64,000 nucleotides of DNA from Selaginella moellendorffii (Eukaryota > Plantae > Lycopodiophyta): positions 523,370 through 587,369 of the forward strand of contig NW_003314285.1 in assembly GCF_000143415.4 (NCBI RefSeq), in the 5' to 3' direction. Of this stretch, positions 24,166-37,641 are shown one piece after another. Position 1 is the first letter of the stretch. Every line of letters begins with the position of its first letter. A program made the position numbers and the translations under genes. Below the pieces are notes generated by a model, which saw only the letters and a list, made by a program, of their open reading frames with translations, was not told where the DNA came from and did no database searches.

Positions 24166-26614
24166 CTATTTACAATTGTCACTGTATTTCTTTCTTATTT
24201 TTTGTCAATGGAGCCACACCATAACTCTACCAAGTTAACTAAAACTCCCTCCCACACAAAGTTACCCAACTCTTCATATCCACCCAATGAATAGAGGAGA
24301 ACAGAAGGAGCTCACCACTAAAGTGCTAGTGGCTCTTGAGAAGGCACAAGTAGATGATTAGAAAATTTTCATGTATAGTAGATCATTGAATATACCTCTA
24401 TCATTTAGATATTCTAGTTTTATTTGGAATATGCGACATATAAATATATTATATATTTTATAAATGTTCTAGAATTTAATAATACTGAAAACTATAATGT
24501 TTTTCTTAGTAAAAAGTATATTCTTCTTGCATACTCAATAAATATTTAATTAAGTCAAACTTTGACTGTCTTACTTGTGCTTCATGAGTAGGAACAATTA
24601 TTAATATATTGACATTTATTTATCTTTTTATGTTATATGCATAGGTTTAAGCTATGAATATCATTACTTGGATTTTCTAAATTTCACCAAATCCCATTAG
24701 ATTTATTATTCAATGTAGCATAATAATTTCTTTGATGAGTTGTACCTTGTTCACTAGGTAATGATGAAGAGGAAAGGTATCATTCTAGCTAACAAGTCTA
24801 GAATGTGTATGGACAAAGAAGATGTAAGTGCTAGCAAAGAAGATATAACTAAGAAAAGAACATAAAGAAAAATTAAGATGCAATCATACTCTTTATTTAA
24901 AGTTGCTATTTTGGCATTGGCGTCACATATTCCATTTTTAGAATATCCATTTTTACTTATGGTGGATGCTCCCAATTGGACGGACTTAATCTGTGACACT
25001 CCAAAAGAACAGTGAAGCAGTGGCAAAAACGGTGGCACCTCTTGAATTCTAAATTCATAGCTTTGGAAATTTTAGGTTTAAGGAGACCAAATTTATTGAG
25101 CAAGATCCTACAGTTCTTTACAATTCTTTACAGACCTTGGATATTGAAATATGAAGCCAGGTATGATGAATTTGTAACCACTTTTCTTCTTCTTTTGTAC
25201 ACTAATTCGATGTTGTTTGTTGTAGATTTTCTATCGTTATAGAATTGAAAGGCAGAGAGTTTATGGTTGCTATGGCGTGCAATTTGTAAAAGGGTGGATT
25301 TTACAACAATGGATTTCACTCACACCACGTGTATGCCTGTTATTGGTCCATGTGTATTATGAGTGTGAAAAAAACACAAGCATAGAATACTTTACGAATA
25401 TCCAATCCTTATGCCCCGGATGGGGCATCATGCCCATAGCAATGACCCATGCTATGTATGGCCCATAGACCCATTTATCCCATGCATTCGAGCAAGTTGT
25501 TAATGTTGCAAACCAAATGGACAATCGACTAAATTGCATACTATACTACCTTATTTAGAGCACTATGTTCTCACATCTTGCTCTTGGCGCTCATGGCAAA
25601 AGAATTAAATTATCCTTTTTTGGCACACCTTTTTTAACATAGTGTCATAGCAAACGTAAGTGAACTCCATCTAACTCCATCTAGAATTTGGGAGTGTGGC
25701 AGCCTTGATCGTCATCGACAGCCATCGCTGTGTCCTCCCCACATTGCCGACTGCCGCTGTGCTGCTCGCAATCATTGATGCTCCCATTGTTACCCGCCAC
25801 AGCATCTAGGCAATCGTTGAATCCTCTTGCTTCCTCCTTCTTGCACTGTGATTCTTGAGGATGGAGGTCGCCAAGCTGGAGCTGCTGGGGACGAGCTGGA
25901 TGGCAAGGCAGGGGAGAAGGCGATGACGAGTGATGGAATTGCTCCAGAACACTGGAATCTGGAGCCGTGATCGCAGCCATTGCTATCAATCCCTAGCAGC
26001 ACCGCAGCTCTCCATACCACCCAAAATATCCCCTACACCATAGCCAATAACAGATTGTACAGAGCATAGAATAACAGAGCACTAAAGTGCAAGGAAGCGT
26101 GATGAATCCAAACTTGATGATATGTGGCATCTATATATAGCCCATTGTTCATATTATGGGGACATCATTGACGCATTAAGCAAGCATCCATGGGGTATCC
26201 ATGAGGCATCCAGATGACATTTAATGCTAAACCAATAGAAAACTGCCACATGGACATTGTATTGTGAGTGAAATCTGCCGCTGTAACACTCACCCTTTTA
26301 CGAATTGCACGCCATAGTTGCGGTATTCTTGCAGTGGTCTGGGTGGGATGAAATCCTAAAATTTTGTGTTGTATAGCTGTTTTACAGTTTTGGAGCTGAA
26401 GTGTTTGCTCGAAATTTCCCAGTGAGGAGCGCACTGGCGAGCAGCAGCTTTGTGCACTGGCGCTCTCACGTTATCATCACTGCAGCCACTGATATGAACG
26501 TGAGTGGCCGGTCAATCGATCAGATGCCATAGCTGAGCGCCAATGCCATACCATTTTAGGGGTTCTTCCTCCTCCAAGTTGTCCAGATAACCGGCTGAGT
26601 AAATCCCAGGCTGT

Positions 26615-27757
26615 TGACTGGGAATCCACAGCAGCGTGGCAGTCACTGCCTTCCTGATATTCTCGAGTTTTCCTAACAAGTGGTACCATGAGACGGTGCT
26701 CAAGCCGGGACAGCCTCCACTTCCACCGGGATCTTTGGCAACGTGGCTGCTTTTCTCAGAGGCTTCAAGTCTGGAAGACCGACTACATTGCAAAGTTGAG
26801 TGACCTTGTACTTTCTTTCGCTTGTTTAAATGTCGCTTTTTCTTGGTTTCAGGTGCAATCGAGTGGGTTTTACAAGGCGCGCGTTTCTGTTCTGGCAGCA
26901 TACAAATTTGTAAAGACAGCTTTGAGACAGGATGGGAGAGCACTGTTACGCTCCTGGGACGAAATTTGTTTGCGGGTTAACTGGAAAGAGCCACTTGAAG
27001 CTCCAAGCCCACTGTGAACAATCCCAAAGCTCTCAAGCAGTATGTGCCCCTCATCGTCAACAACATAAAAGCGTGCCTTGCAAGGTGGTCTATGCAGGAT
27101 AAGATTGTTCTTCTTACCGAGATGAGAAGGGTAAGCAGTTGTCTTAGTTTTCTTGTTGACACTGGTTTTTTCTGATATGACAGTTCACGTTTCTAACTGT
27201 CCTCTACATTTTATATGGGAAAGACTCCAGTCTCGACATGGAAGAGACTCTCCTTGTACTACATTGTCAACCAAGGCATTCAGGCTCTCCCCATCAACTT
27301 CCTCGGCACTGCATACAACAAACCCATATGCGTTGTACATCATAGCTTTGTGACGTTTTCCCATTTTTCAGGCCGAGGCAAAAGCTCATCAAGCTTATCC
27401 AGGACGTGATCAACCAGCGCTTCTGGAAAGCCACGGAAACAAGCATTCTTTCCTTGCTCATGGATCAGCTGGATGACAAGAAAGAGGCGCTGGAAGACGC
27501 TCATATCATAGACATGCTCAACATCTACATGAACGCTGGTCACGACTCAACGGCTCATGTCATCATGTGGCTGGTGATTTCCTAAGGCAAAATCCTGATG
27601 TGTTTGAGAAAGTGAAGGTAAACCTTGACTTTAGCAATGTTGTCTTGCTCAGCCTAAAGAAGAAAGATTGTATGAAGGAAAGTTTGTATGAAACTGCAAT
27701 TTCAGAAGGGGAAATGCTCAACCTTTTATACATCAGAAGGATGCGCTACCTATCTAG
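26615..27757 (+). pseudogene. KAO: Cytochrome P450 CYP88A (ent-kaurenoic acid oxidase-like) pseudogene, 3'-truncated
   Basis: TM anchor followed by NKWYHETVLKPGQPPLPPGSL, FLRGFKSG, VNNPKALKQYVPLIVNNIKACLARWS, VNQGIQALPINFLGTAYNK, YMNAGHDSTAHVIMW and IRRMRYLS. It has frameshifts and no ExxR or heme-Cys region. Confidence 0.78.
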
Positions 27758-27995
27758 TTCATCCTTAAATAGTAAGGAAATTACTATATTATATTGAATA
27801 ATAGATTTAAATATGCCAATGGGGATTTAGTCAAATAACATTCATAGTCCAAACCATATAACATCCAAAAAACTAGCTCTCAAAAAAGTCATGAAGAACA
27901 TGCAAGATGGTCAAAATTTGACTTAACTTTGAGTATTCAAGAAGAAAATGCTATTTTTTGAAATAATTTTTAATGTTACTAATTTCTAGAACATT

Positions 27996-29600
27996 TCAAT
28001 GATAGAGAACAGAAGGCACCGCCACAGTCAAGGAGCAGCCCTTAACCATGCAAGGCTGCCTCATTTGGCCTTTGATTTCATCCCAGACTCTTTCACAGAC
28101 ATCGTCAATGCGCGCCAGCAGAGAATGCAGTGCCTTGAAGCTTACCGTGATCTCTACAATCGGTATCGAGTCCACGCCTGTCTCAATTGGCTCGCAGCCA
28201 ACCCACAGGAAGATGAAGAGATCGTAACTTGCCTTGTACTTATTCCTCTTTATCACGTCCCGGAAGTGTTCAACGGCGTTCTTGTGCGGATCCTTGTTCA
28301 CCGAAATTTGCCTTTTTCCCAAGCACCCGTCCTTCAGTAGATGCGCTAGGCCATTGCGATCCATATCAGCAGCTTGGCAAATGAATCTCACCGGGCAATG
28401 CGTCAGAGATCTCCCACCATGTTCGACGACCGCCGTCTCTATACCACCCACAAATACACTCACTCACTCGGCTTTGAGACCCAGCCCTTTCTGTCCCAGT
28501 AACGACCAGGTAGTGGTACAGAGACATTCTGTGTTGCCAAGCCTAACAACGTTGCTTCCACTGCGTTCCACCCACACCGAGTCATGTTCTTTCCTCCGTC
28601 CAACATGGCCACCGAGACATAACATTCGATATGTGCCACCTGTTCCCAGCCAGTGGCCTGGTAATCTCGAACAACACACCTCGCTGACGCAACAGCACGA
28701 AGATAATCACTCGCCTCCTCCAACTCTTGCTTGCCAGGTCGAACGTAAAAGCATCTCGAGTCCATCGCACTTGGAAGTTGTTCAGTGCAGCCACCAGCCA
28801 ACTGCGCAACGAAGCCCGTGTACTCTTTTCTGTCCAGCCCAGAGATGTACTTTCTCAGTGAAGTCCCCAAGGATTTCAGCTCGTCATCCAGACTGTTCTG
28901 GAGGAACAGCTGAAGCAGGCGGGGATTTTTTCCCGTTTTCTCCTGCCAGCTTTGCTGCATTTTGAAGCTCAGCCTAAAGCACACAGTTAGCAAGATGAGA
29001 AGACAGAGTCTTACTCGCCTCCTCGTATCACCAGCGACCACCAGATACTCTGGGTGACTTGGCCTAGTCAGGCTTAGCCTAACATAGTAGATCACAGCAC
29101 GCTTTGTCTCTGCCTTTTCTCTCTGTAAAGCTGTATCGACTAGTCCCTTCCGTTGCTCATCCAATTACATCATTTTGGGCTGGGACTGAAGCCAGATTTC
29201 CGTCCTCAAACTAGATATCTGTTCCGGCACTTGTTCCCCTTTGCAGAATGCAAGGCGCACAGCATGTCTCAAACAACCATCAAAGTCGGCAATTAGTAAC
29301 TTTGCAAAAAGATAAACAACCAGATAGGGCTTTGTGCTATAAATATCCAGCTGCCACCACCATGCAAAACGTTTTCCCTTCACCCAGCGGACCAGTCACG
29401 ATCCCTCATACACCCGAGCATGATAATTGCTCCTCGAGCAACTTAAGCTTCTTCAAATGTGATAGTTGCTCCTTGAGCAACTTAAGCTTGCCTTCCAAAT
29501 CCCAGATGTCGACAGCTGACGCTGAAGCATTGGCATCTTCTCCTTCTCCCATGAGCTTCTGGACATTACCGAGATTTCAAAGTCGCCACAATATACCTCT
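27996..29600 (-). pseudogene. Crinkler-type P-loop NTPase + restriction-endonuclease-fold gene, disrupted
   Basis: Walker A GIVTGPLGEGKT at 29393-29370, then VVYL..LLIADFDGCLRHAVRLAF and Walker-B-like MM*LDEQ. C-terminal YDLFIF...IPIVEITVSFKALHS. Several stops and frameshifts. Confidence 0.6.
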
Positions 29601-30749
29601 GCAAGAGCTTTCCATGCACTTACCCTCTTCCTCCACATAATATCTAGGAATCTAAAGTACCCTCTAACCTTGGATGGATCGCTTAGGCAGTGAGAACCCA
29701 CGGCCTGTAAGCTGAAAGACAAAAGCAGTCTTGCACATAGGAAGAATGAATATGTATGGATGATGAGAGCCAAAATGGTTGAGAGGAAAAGATAGAAAAT
29801 ATGAATGGACAAAAAAATAGGAATAGAGTATTGAGTTTGAAGACAGAAAAAAACACCAACAACGAAAAATTGTGGGGTCAAACTAGAACTTAGACCGAAG
29901 AAAATTAAAAGAGGAAAATGTGCTAAAGAAAACCTGTGCCCTCAAAGTTCAAGTGATGAAGATATAAATGGATGAATGAAAATGTGGAATTACCCCATTA
30001 ATGACTACAACTTGTATTAAGTCCCTGAAAAGAGCAAGTTATGTAATATCTCTGTAACAATGTAGAAGTAAATATGGAAAATTATCTATGCCAAAGAAAA
30101 CAAAATGGGATAGAAATTTTTTTAAGAAGGACTTAGATGCCTCTATATGCAAGGCCTAACCATGTCTCAAATTTGCTGCTAAACTAAAAACTGTTATACT
30201 GATATCAACTTGTAATTGTAACTTGTATATGATAATGAATTTCTGTCTAAATTTTTTTGTGTCTAGAGAGGGAAATTTTTCTCATGTCTATGGATAATAA
30301 TTAAATTGAATGTAAAAATCATGAAGAAAATGTTCAAGCTCACATGTAGTTGCATTTGGTATTTGCAGTCAACACAATAAAGAAAATTAATATGGCATTT
30401 GCAGTCAACACAATAAAGAAAATTAATAATAATAACTATAACCAATGAAGAATAATTCTGAGAAAGATGATGATAAAGGAAAACCAAAAACTCCAAATAT
30501 AGCCTAGAAAAACTCAAAGCTTATAATTGAGTTTTTCTAGAGAATTTAGAAATAGTCACCCCATCAACAAAAAAGAAGCGAAGAGAAAATGGGAGAAAAT
30601 GAAAAGAGAAGTATGAAAATGTGAGAAAATTAGGGAAAAGAAATAAGAAAAACAAAGAAAAGGGATAGTAATGGAACTTGATCATCACTAAAATGTTGAG
30701 TATGAGAAAATTTAAGTTGATCTTATGTTCTTGAGTTTTAAGAATTAAT

Positions 30750-31450
30750 TTTAAAGGAACTCTTTAATAGTGCTTTCAAACTAACTTGAGGTTAAGACTG
30801 AGGGTTAAGGGTTTTGGGTGGGAGTGAGCATGGACTCAGGTGGTGCCAAAAAAGCTACCCAAGGAAGTTTTCAAGAGCAATTCCCACTTTCGAAAGGGAA
30901 ATCAATTACAATATTTTTGATTTATATAAAATAGTGCTCCACTTGAGTATTATGTAGCTCATTGGTCTTTACTTCTTCCTAGGGCTTTGGGCCTTCCTTT
31001 CAGGATAAAAGTGGGGGAGTAAAGGTATCTATATCGAGCTGTTAGGCCCTAGTGTTTTTGTGTGGGGTCCCAAAGCAAGAGATGCACAAACGATTTGGGA
31101 TTTATAAAGTCTTATGATCAAATCTTGTTATACTAAGGGATGTTAGGAACCTAAAAGCTTGGTTAGGGCACTCAAAGGAAAAGGGTGGGGAAAGTATCCA
31201 TGAGGTTTACACTGGGCTGTAATGTTTCGAAATGTCATCCTAAAGTTTTGGACTAGGGAAAAGAAGAAGAGCAATCCTTTTATGTAATAATCAAGGATAT
31301 GGTCATGTGGCAAAGTAGTCCCAGAGGTTAATGGGACTTAGTAGTTAAACCTTCAGAGGTGGTGTTGGCAAGCACAACCTTGGATGGAAAAAGATTTAGT
31401 GGTGACCAAAAAAGGGATATTAAGGAAAGGTGTTCTTTATGTCTCTAGGC
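30750..31450 (-). repeat. Decayed LTR fragment related to 53300-53800 and 57480-57700
   Basis: Reverse-complement similarity, e.g. gggtgggagtgagcatggactcagg vs cccaagcccatgctcactcccaccc, with heavy transition decay. Confidence 0.65.
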
Positions 31451-31609
31451 CATGAGTGCACCTTTTTTTCCAATTGATTTTGGGTTTTGGGATATTTTGG
31501 GTTAAGTGTTTTTAAGTTTGAATGATATTGCATTGAGTGACTTCTTAGGAAGTACAAATTCAAAAAATTACATTTGCCATTAAAGAAGTTTCGAGCTCAA
31601 CTTTGTTGG

Positions 31610-34600
31610 TTGGATAGGAACTTCTATATATTTCTTGTTGAGTATATTTGGCATGGCTCTTAATTCTCTTTTGCTATGTCTTGCATTAGTTTAATAAGAA
31701 TCCTTGTATATTGAAACTAGTCCCTCAATATCGTTAGATGATAGTTTACCATGTTTGCCAAACACCTTCACTATTATGCCCTTTGTGTGAAAAATGTCTA
31801 GATTTGCTCATTTGGCATATTTATAAAATGTGGAGATTGCCTTGAATACAATGGTGTTTATCCCATGTCCAAATTCATAATCTAAAGATATTCTATATTT
31901 AGTAAGTTTTGAGTTTATCCTAGAGACTAACTCCTAGTACTAAGGGTGGCTAAAGCCCAAAGTGTGTGTTCCTCAAAGTGGGGTTTTGGGAGGTTCCAAA
32001 TGCATAGTAGGGATAGTGGGTAAGTCAAATATAGTTGACCAATATAAGGCATTAACTCCCATTTACATGCTTATTTTTGTTCCACATCCAACTTAGGTTT
32101 AAGCCTAAGTTCCATACTATGCTAGCTAGTGGAGTATCCATATCTTCATGTTAGGCCACCGGTATGTTAAAGTAATGATAAATTTCATTTGGCTTCATTT
32201 TGCGTGTTAGTACTAGCATTAGGATGTTGAATGCTTTAGGACTATTTCAAGTTGCTTTGTGCTTCTGTCCTTTTGTTCCTTTAGTTGTACACTCAAAAGT
32301 CACTCTGTGCTTTGGTTTCTTTGCTCCTTGGCTTCATGCTTAAGAGTTTGGTTTCATTCCTTCATTCAGTGGCTCAAAGCTTTGAAATTTAGGTTTTGCT
32401 CTACTATCCTTTATACACATGACATGTGACATGTAACATATAGAGGGTTTAGTTTTTGTTTCGTGGTTATTCTATGATAAATCAAAGGGTAAAAACCACA
32501 TGTGTTGTATTTGGTATCAGAGGATACATTTTAGCGAGTACTATCCAATGAGATTGGGCAACTAGTTTCGTTGCATACGCAAAGATAAAAATGATGATCC
32601 AAGTGGGTATACATTTGGGTGCAAAGGCTTTGCATTTGTTCCTTAGGTATGGATTTTAGTTACTTTTTTGTATTAAATTATATGAGCTTGTTCTTGGGCT
32701 TAGAGGATGGATTAAGATATTCCATTTGCACAAGTTTACGCTTGGGTTTATGAGTGAGGCATATTAACAACTCAATATTACACTTTGAGTTGATAAAATT
32801 AATGTTAGCTTATCGGTGGTTCTAGAAGTTGTTCCATATACTATAGGTAAAAATAAACCTTTCCTAGATTTGCTATGAGTGGGAAATAAGCTGGTCCATA
32901 GCTATTTAGCATAACACTAGTGGATCCTTCCTAAGCATAATTATAAGTGGATCAATCAAGATTGTAGGGATTAGTCTATTGGTTTAAGTAGTCATTGCCG
33001 TGCTCTCTCATAAACTTTTCTTGAATTGGATTGAAAGTAGTGCAAAAGCAAGCTTGAGATTTAGTCAAAGATGAGACAAAAAAGAGAATCCTTAGAGATG
33101 AAGGATTAAATATGTAAATCATTTTATTTTCTTCAAGAGATAATTTATAACAAGGTGTTAACTCATTGCTTATGTTCACATCATGCAATTGAAAGTCCTT
33201 GTTAATTATAGTGATCTTATAAGTGGTGAGTCGTGGGATGGATGGTGGTGAAACATTAAACCATTTTGTCTAAACTTGCTATTGAAAATTTGGGTTGCAA
33301 TGTTCAATTCTTTTCCAGAAAACTTTGCTATTGCTCTTTGAGTAGTTTAGTGTTGGATTAGTTTTGAGTTTGGTTTGATAGAGAGTGGCATAAGCTTGTC
33401 TATGTTGTGAATACAAGTTAATGATGTGGACTATTGTAAATCTTTATTGGTGGGGTGTAGCATTTATATTGCATTTTATTGAATAGAGTTTACATTTGAT
33501 ACTCACATAAACCTTTATAATAGTGACATGACATTGCTTGTGTTATTGCTTGATTGATGATCAAGTTATTATGATTTATATATATCATATCCATGTGATA
33601 GTGAGCAATGTATTTACAAAGTTGCTTGGATAAACAATGATCAATTTTAAAGTGGTTAAAAGTGAAGCCAATCTACTTGCAAGTAATAGCATTATAGTAG
33701 CTTTAACTGGATACTTAATAATAATCCATTATGCTAAGTTTAAGTTGGTACCTTATTTTCTTGAGAGTTGCCTATTGAGGTGTTGGAAAAGGGTTGTAAC
33801 ATTCATTTGCTATAGCTCGTCAGTTGATCTGTTAGCACTTGGAGTAGATTGTTGGATGGGGAAGGTGTGTAACTAAGATATTGATATTACTAGCACTTGT
33901 GTTAGTGGAAGTGGCGTTATTATTTCAAGTGATTTTTTCCTTAGACCTTGATTTTCTATGTCATTTTTCTTGTTATTGTTTTGGCTTCACATTAGGTTTT
34001 GAAGGTGATTAAAGAAAAGTGTTAAATGCAATATAGATATCTGAAGATGTGGTCTCATTGATCTTGACTTCATCTTAGTAGCGTTACATTTTTGCTAAGG
34101 ATTGTGATGTTTAACTTAGTTGTTTGAGGTTAAAATGTTAATACCAATACTATAGCTTTGTCTATGAGGAGGTTGTGTACCAATAAGAGTCTATATCATG
34201 ATTTTCACTTTAGTTTCAACTAAGTGTGATCATATATAATTATCCTCTTTAAAGCATGCTCAGAACTATTGGTTATGTGCATTAATGAGCTTATTGCAAT
34301 TGAGTTGGATTCGAGTGGCAATTTAGTTCATGCTTATTCATGTATATAGGGTGTTACATTTAGGTTGGACAAGTATATGATTCAATGGCATAAATTTAGT
34401 ATTTGGGTCTTGTAAAAGACAAATTGAAGAGTGATTATTCGTTACTTTGTAACTAGTGATTGCTTGTAGATTTTGTCAAAAGATTATGGACATTTGCTTC
34501 ACTCAATGAAGATTTATTAATGATGGGTTTACTTTACAGAATGGTGTTGTAGAGGATTGTGTCCTTAAACTTGCATGGTTTTTCCATGTTGGCATGTCAA

Positions 34601-37600
34601 CTCTACCTTTATCAATATCATTTAGTTATGTTTATTTTATGGTGTTAGATTTTATTAGGTTTTGAATGTGGTGAATCACTCATTGATAATGTGTTAACTA
34701 AGTTTTGCTGCAGGTTTAGTCTCAGATACTAAATAAGTATCTTTGACTTTGGTTAGCTTAGTTGCTAAAGAGTTTTGAGTGGTGATTCATTATTGCTTTT
34801 TTCTAGCTTTGTTCTGGTATTGATGGCATTAAAGTGATGCCCTATCATTAATATTATTGTTGTTGATATTTGAGTGAAATGAAATATCTCTCCATAGAAT
34901 TGATATTGAGATTTATTAGTCTCAATGCAAATAATGTTGGTATTTGAGCTGAAGCTTTGTGTTTTTGGCATCCATGCAATTGTTAGCTAACACAACTATA
35001 TTAACATTCAAATAAACTAAGTGGCAAGTTTGAATTAGTTGTGTTCTAGACAAGATTGTTTAGTAAGGGTTAAGTGTTGAGGTTTTCCTTAAAGTCATGG
35101 ACTATGCTAACTTTACAAGAGGAAGAGTTAGTGATTGATATTAAAGATATTAGTTCTTTATTGGATTTGAGTTGAGGATATATTGATCATTAATATTACT
35201 TCTTATGTTTGTTATGAAATGAATTATGTCTTACTATAGAAGATGGATTCATGGAGGATTAATTTGGTGGTCACTCGTTAAGCATAACTTTGTTATGTTT
35301 ACTTTTTAGATTAATGTAGAAATGCTTTTCATTAACTTTGTATTATAATGTTTAGCTTATAGATGTGTTGAAAGGATATTGTGATTTATACTATGATTTC
35401 TTCTTTGGCATTGACATTAGTTCATATGAAACTTGTGATCATTATTTGGTGAGACTTGGCTATATGCTTTTTCAAACTTTTGGTTCCTTGAGTTTTTATG
35501 CTCATTGTTCCATTTGTTAAAATTTTTTAGGGAAAGCATTCTAACTCATAAATTTGATGTTGAAGTTAGTATTTACATTTGGCAATCATTAGTGATGATT
35601 GACTATTATCCAGGTTAGTTGATCATCTTTGTCAAAGATTTTACTTGATTATTGTTAATATAGAATGCTTTGTTGGCTTTTAGGATGGTGAATTCTTTCT
35701 TCAATGATTTCTCTATTGATGGGATGATTATAGATTTTTGCATTACCACAAGTTCTTTATAGTTTACTCTGGATTGGTCTTTTCAGTTTGAGATATTAGT
35801 AGGATGTTATTAGTTTTTGCTTAAACAACTTGAGTTCCTTCGTATTATTGACTGAGATTTATTTAAGCTGGCTAGTACAATAGTTAACATAAATGAGTGT
35901 TTATTGGTCTTGCTACATTCATTCTATTTTGTTGATTATTGCTCGAGTTGGTTCTGATAGATTAGGATGTTATTTCTTTCAAATGATACATTCGCGAGCA
36001 TTTTACTTGCTAATTAATGATACTTTGTGTTCTTTGAAGTTATTTTTCATAAGTTGCTGAACATGCTATCTGTAATCTTTGATAGTTAAGATTTATCATT
36101 GAATTTTCTTGATGATACATCAGATATTTAATTTTGTTTGATGATAAATCTTATATTTTCCGGTTATGATAATCTTGGTGGTTCCTATACTCTAATACTA
36201 GTTTATCAGATGATAACTTACTTGGAATGCTTTTGTGTTCTAATATAAGCTTTATTCACTGATAATTAATTCTCTTAGATATCATTGTCTTTGACTTTGA
36301 TATTGTCCATTTATTGATCTTTGTGTTTGGGCCAGTATAGACAAACTGGCTTTGGCACTTTATGTGCATTATGAAATCTTTAGTCATGGGGTAGCTATTG
36401 TCAACTGATCACATCATCTGTCTCTCTATCAATGTTCCTTATTTCGTTAAAAGAGCGTGATCATGTAAAAACTTTAACTACCTATTTACAGTAGTCTATC
36501 GATTACCGACAAGTTTTGTTTCTTTATTCATGAGGGTTGGGGCCTCTGGCTTTTCTCTTTATGTCCTTACAGGCAGGGGTGTATCACACTTTTGTAAGCT
36601 GGGTGACATATGAAGTAGCAAGGGTGGCTGATTCAATTAGTCATTTCCTTGTCAGTGATGGCCAAAAGGTGTTTGAGTTGGTAGTGCATTTGCTTTGGAC
36701 AAAGAAATTACCCTAACTCATTTAAGTTAGTGCATTTCTCATATAATATGATTGCCATAAACTTTTTTTTGGAGTTGTGTCCTTGGCAGTGGTTTAGAGT
36801 TGAGTATGCATTGATGAAAACATCAATCTTCCCTAAGGGGGGGAGAGTGTCATAAATATAATTGTGGGTATCACTTTCGGATATTTTTTCGTTACTGCCA
36901 TGACGGCAAAAAGTTCATATTGTTAGACCCTTTATCAATCCTTTTATCAGTCCTTTTTGTTCAAGTGTTAGTAAACTGGGCTTAGGATCTGTACTTAGCC
37001 AGATGGACATAAAATAGAAACTCTTATGTATTTTTTGTTGAGCATACTTGGCTCGGCTATTAATTCTCTTTTGCTCTATCTTACACTGGCTTGACAAGAA
37101 CTGTTACATATTAAAACTAATCCTTCAATATTACTAGATGATAACTTACTGTGTTTGCCAAACACCTTTGCTATTATGCTCTTTGTGTTAGTCTCATTCC
37201 GGTCCCAAATGCTATTTATGGAAAGTGTCTAAATTTGCTTATTTGGCATATCTTCAGAAAGAGATTATTCTAAACACAATAGTGTTTATCTTGTGTCTAA
37301 ATTTGCAATCTAAGAACATTCTATATTTAGTAGGTTTCAAGTTTAACTCTTGGTACTAAGGGTGAAAGCCCAAAGAGTGTGTTCCTAGAGGGGGTTTGTA
37401 TATATCCCAAATATATAATAGTGATAGTGGGTAGGTTGGGCATAATTGACCAACTTGAGGCATATTCTATCTCTTGTTTATATGCATGTCCTTATTTTGC
37501 ATCTGAAATTTAAGTTCTACTCTACTGTCCTTTTGACATGTGGCATGTGACACATGGCATGTGGAGGGTTTAGGTTCCACTTCATGGTTATTCTATAATA

Positions 37601-37641
37601 AATCACCATAGAATATAAAGGTAAACCCCACATATACTACA
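31610..37641 (+). mobile_element. Non-autonomous degenerate LTR retroelement (family A), copy 1
   Basis: 5' LTR ends at about 32509 and is followed by the PBS TGGTATCAGAG (tRNA-iMet). PPT AAGGGGGGGAGA lies at 36835-36846. The 3' LTR is about 36848-37641, ends in TACA and resembles 31610-32509. The internal region has no ORF. Confidence 0.78.

Noticed and set aside
23307-24294. ORFs of 291 and 325 aa
   Set aside because: They span the N gap.
24750-25680. Possible decayed transposon coding sequence (also 37700-38500 and 50900-51480)
   Set aside because: Too degenerate to assign to a family by eye.
30355-30427. About 35-bp direct duplication
   Set aside because: An isolated slippage duplication in AT-rich DNA with no associated structure.
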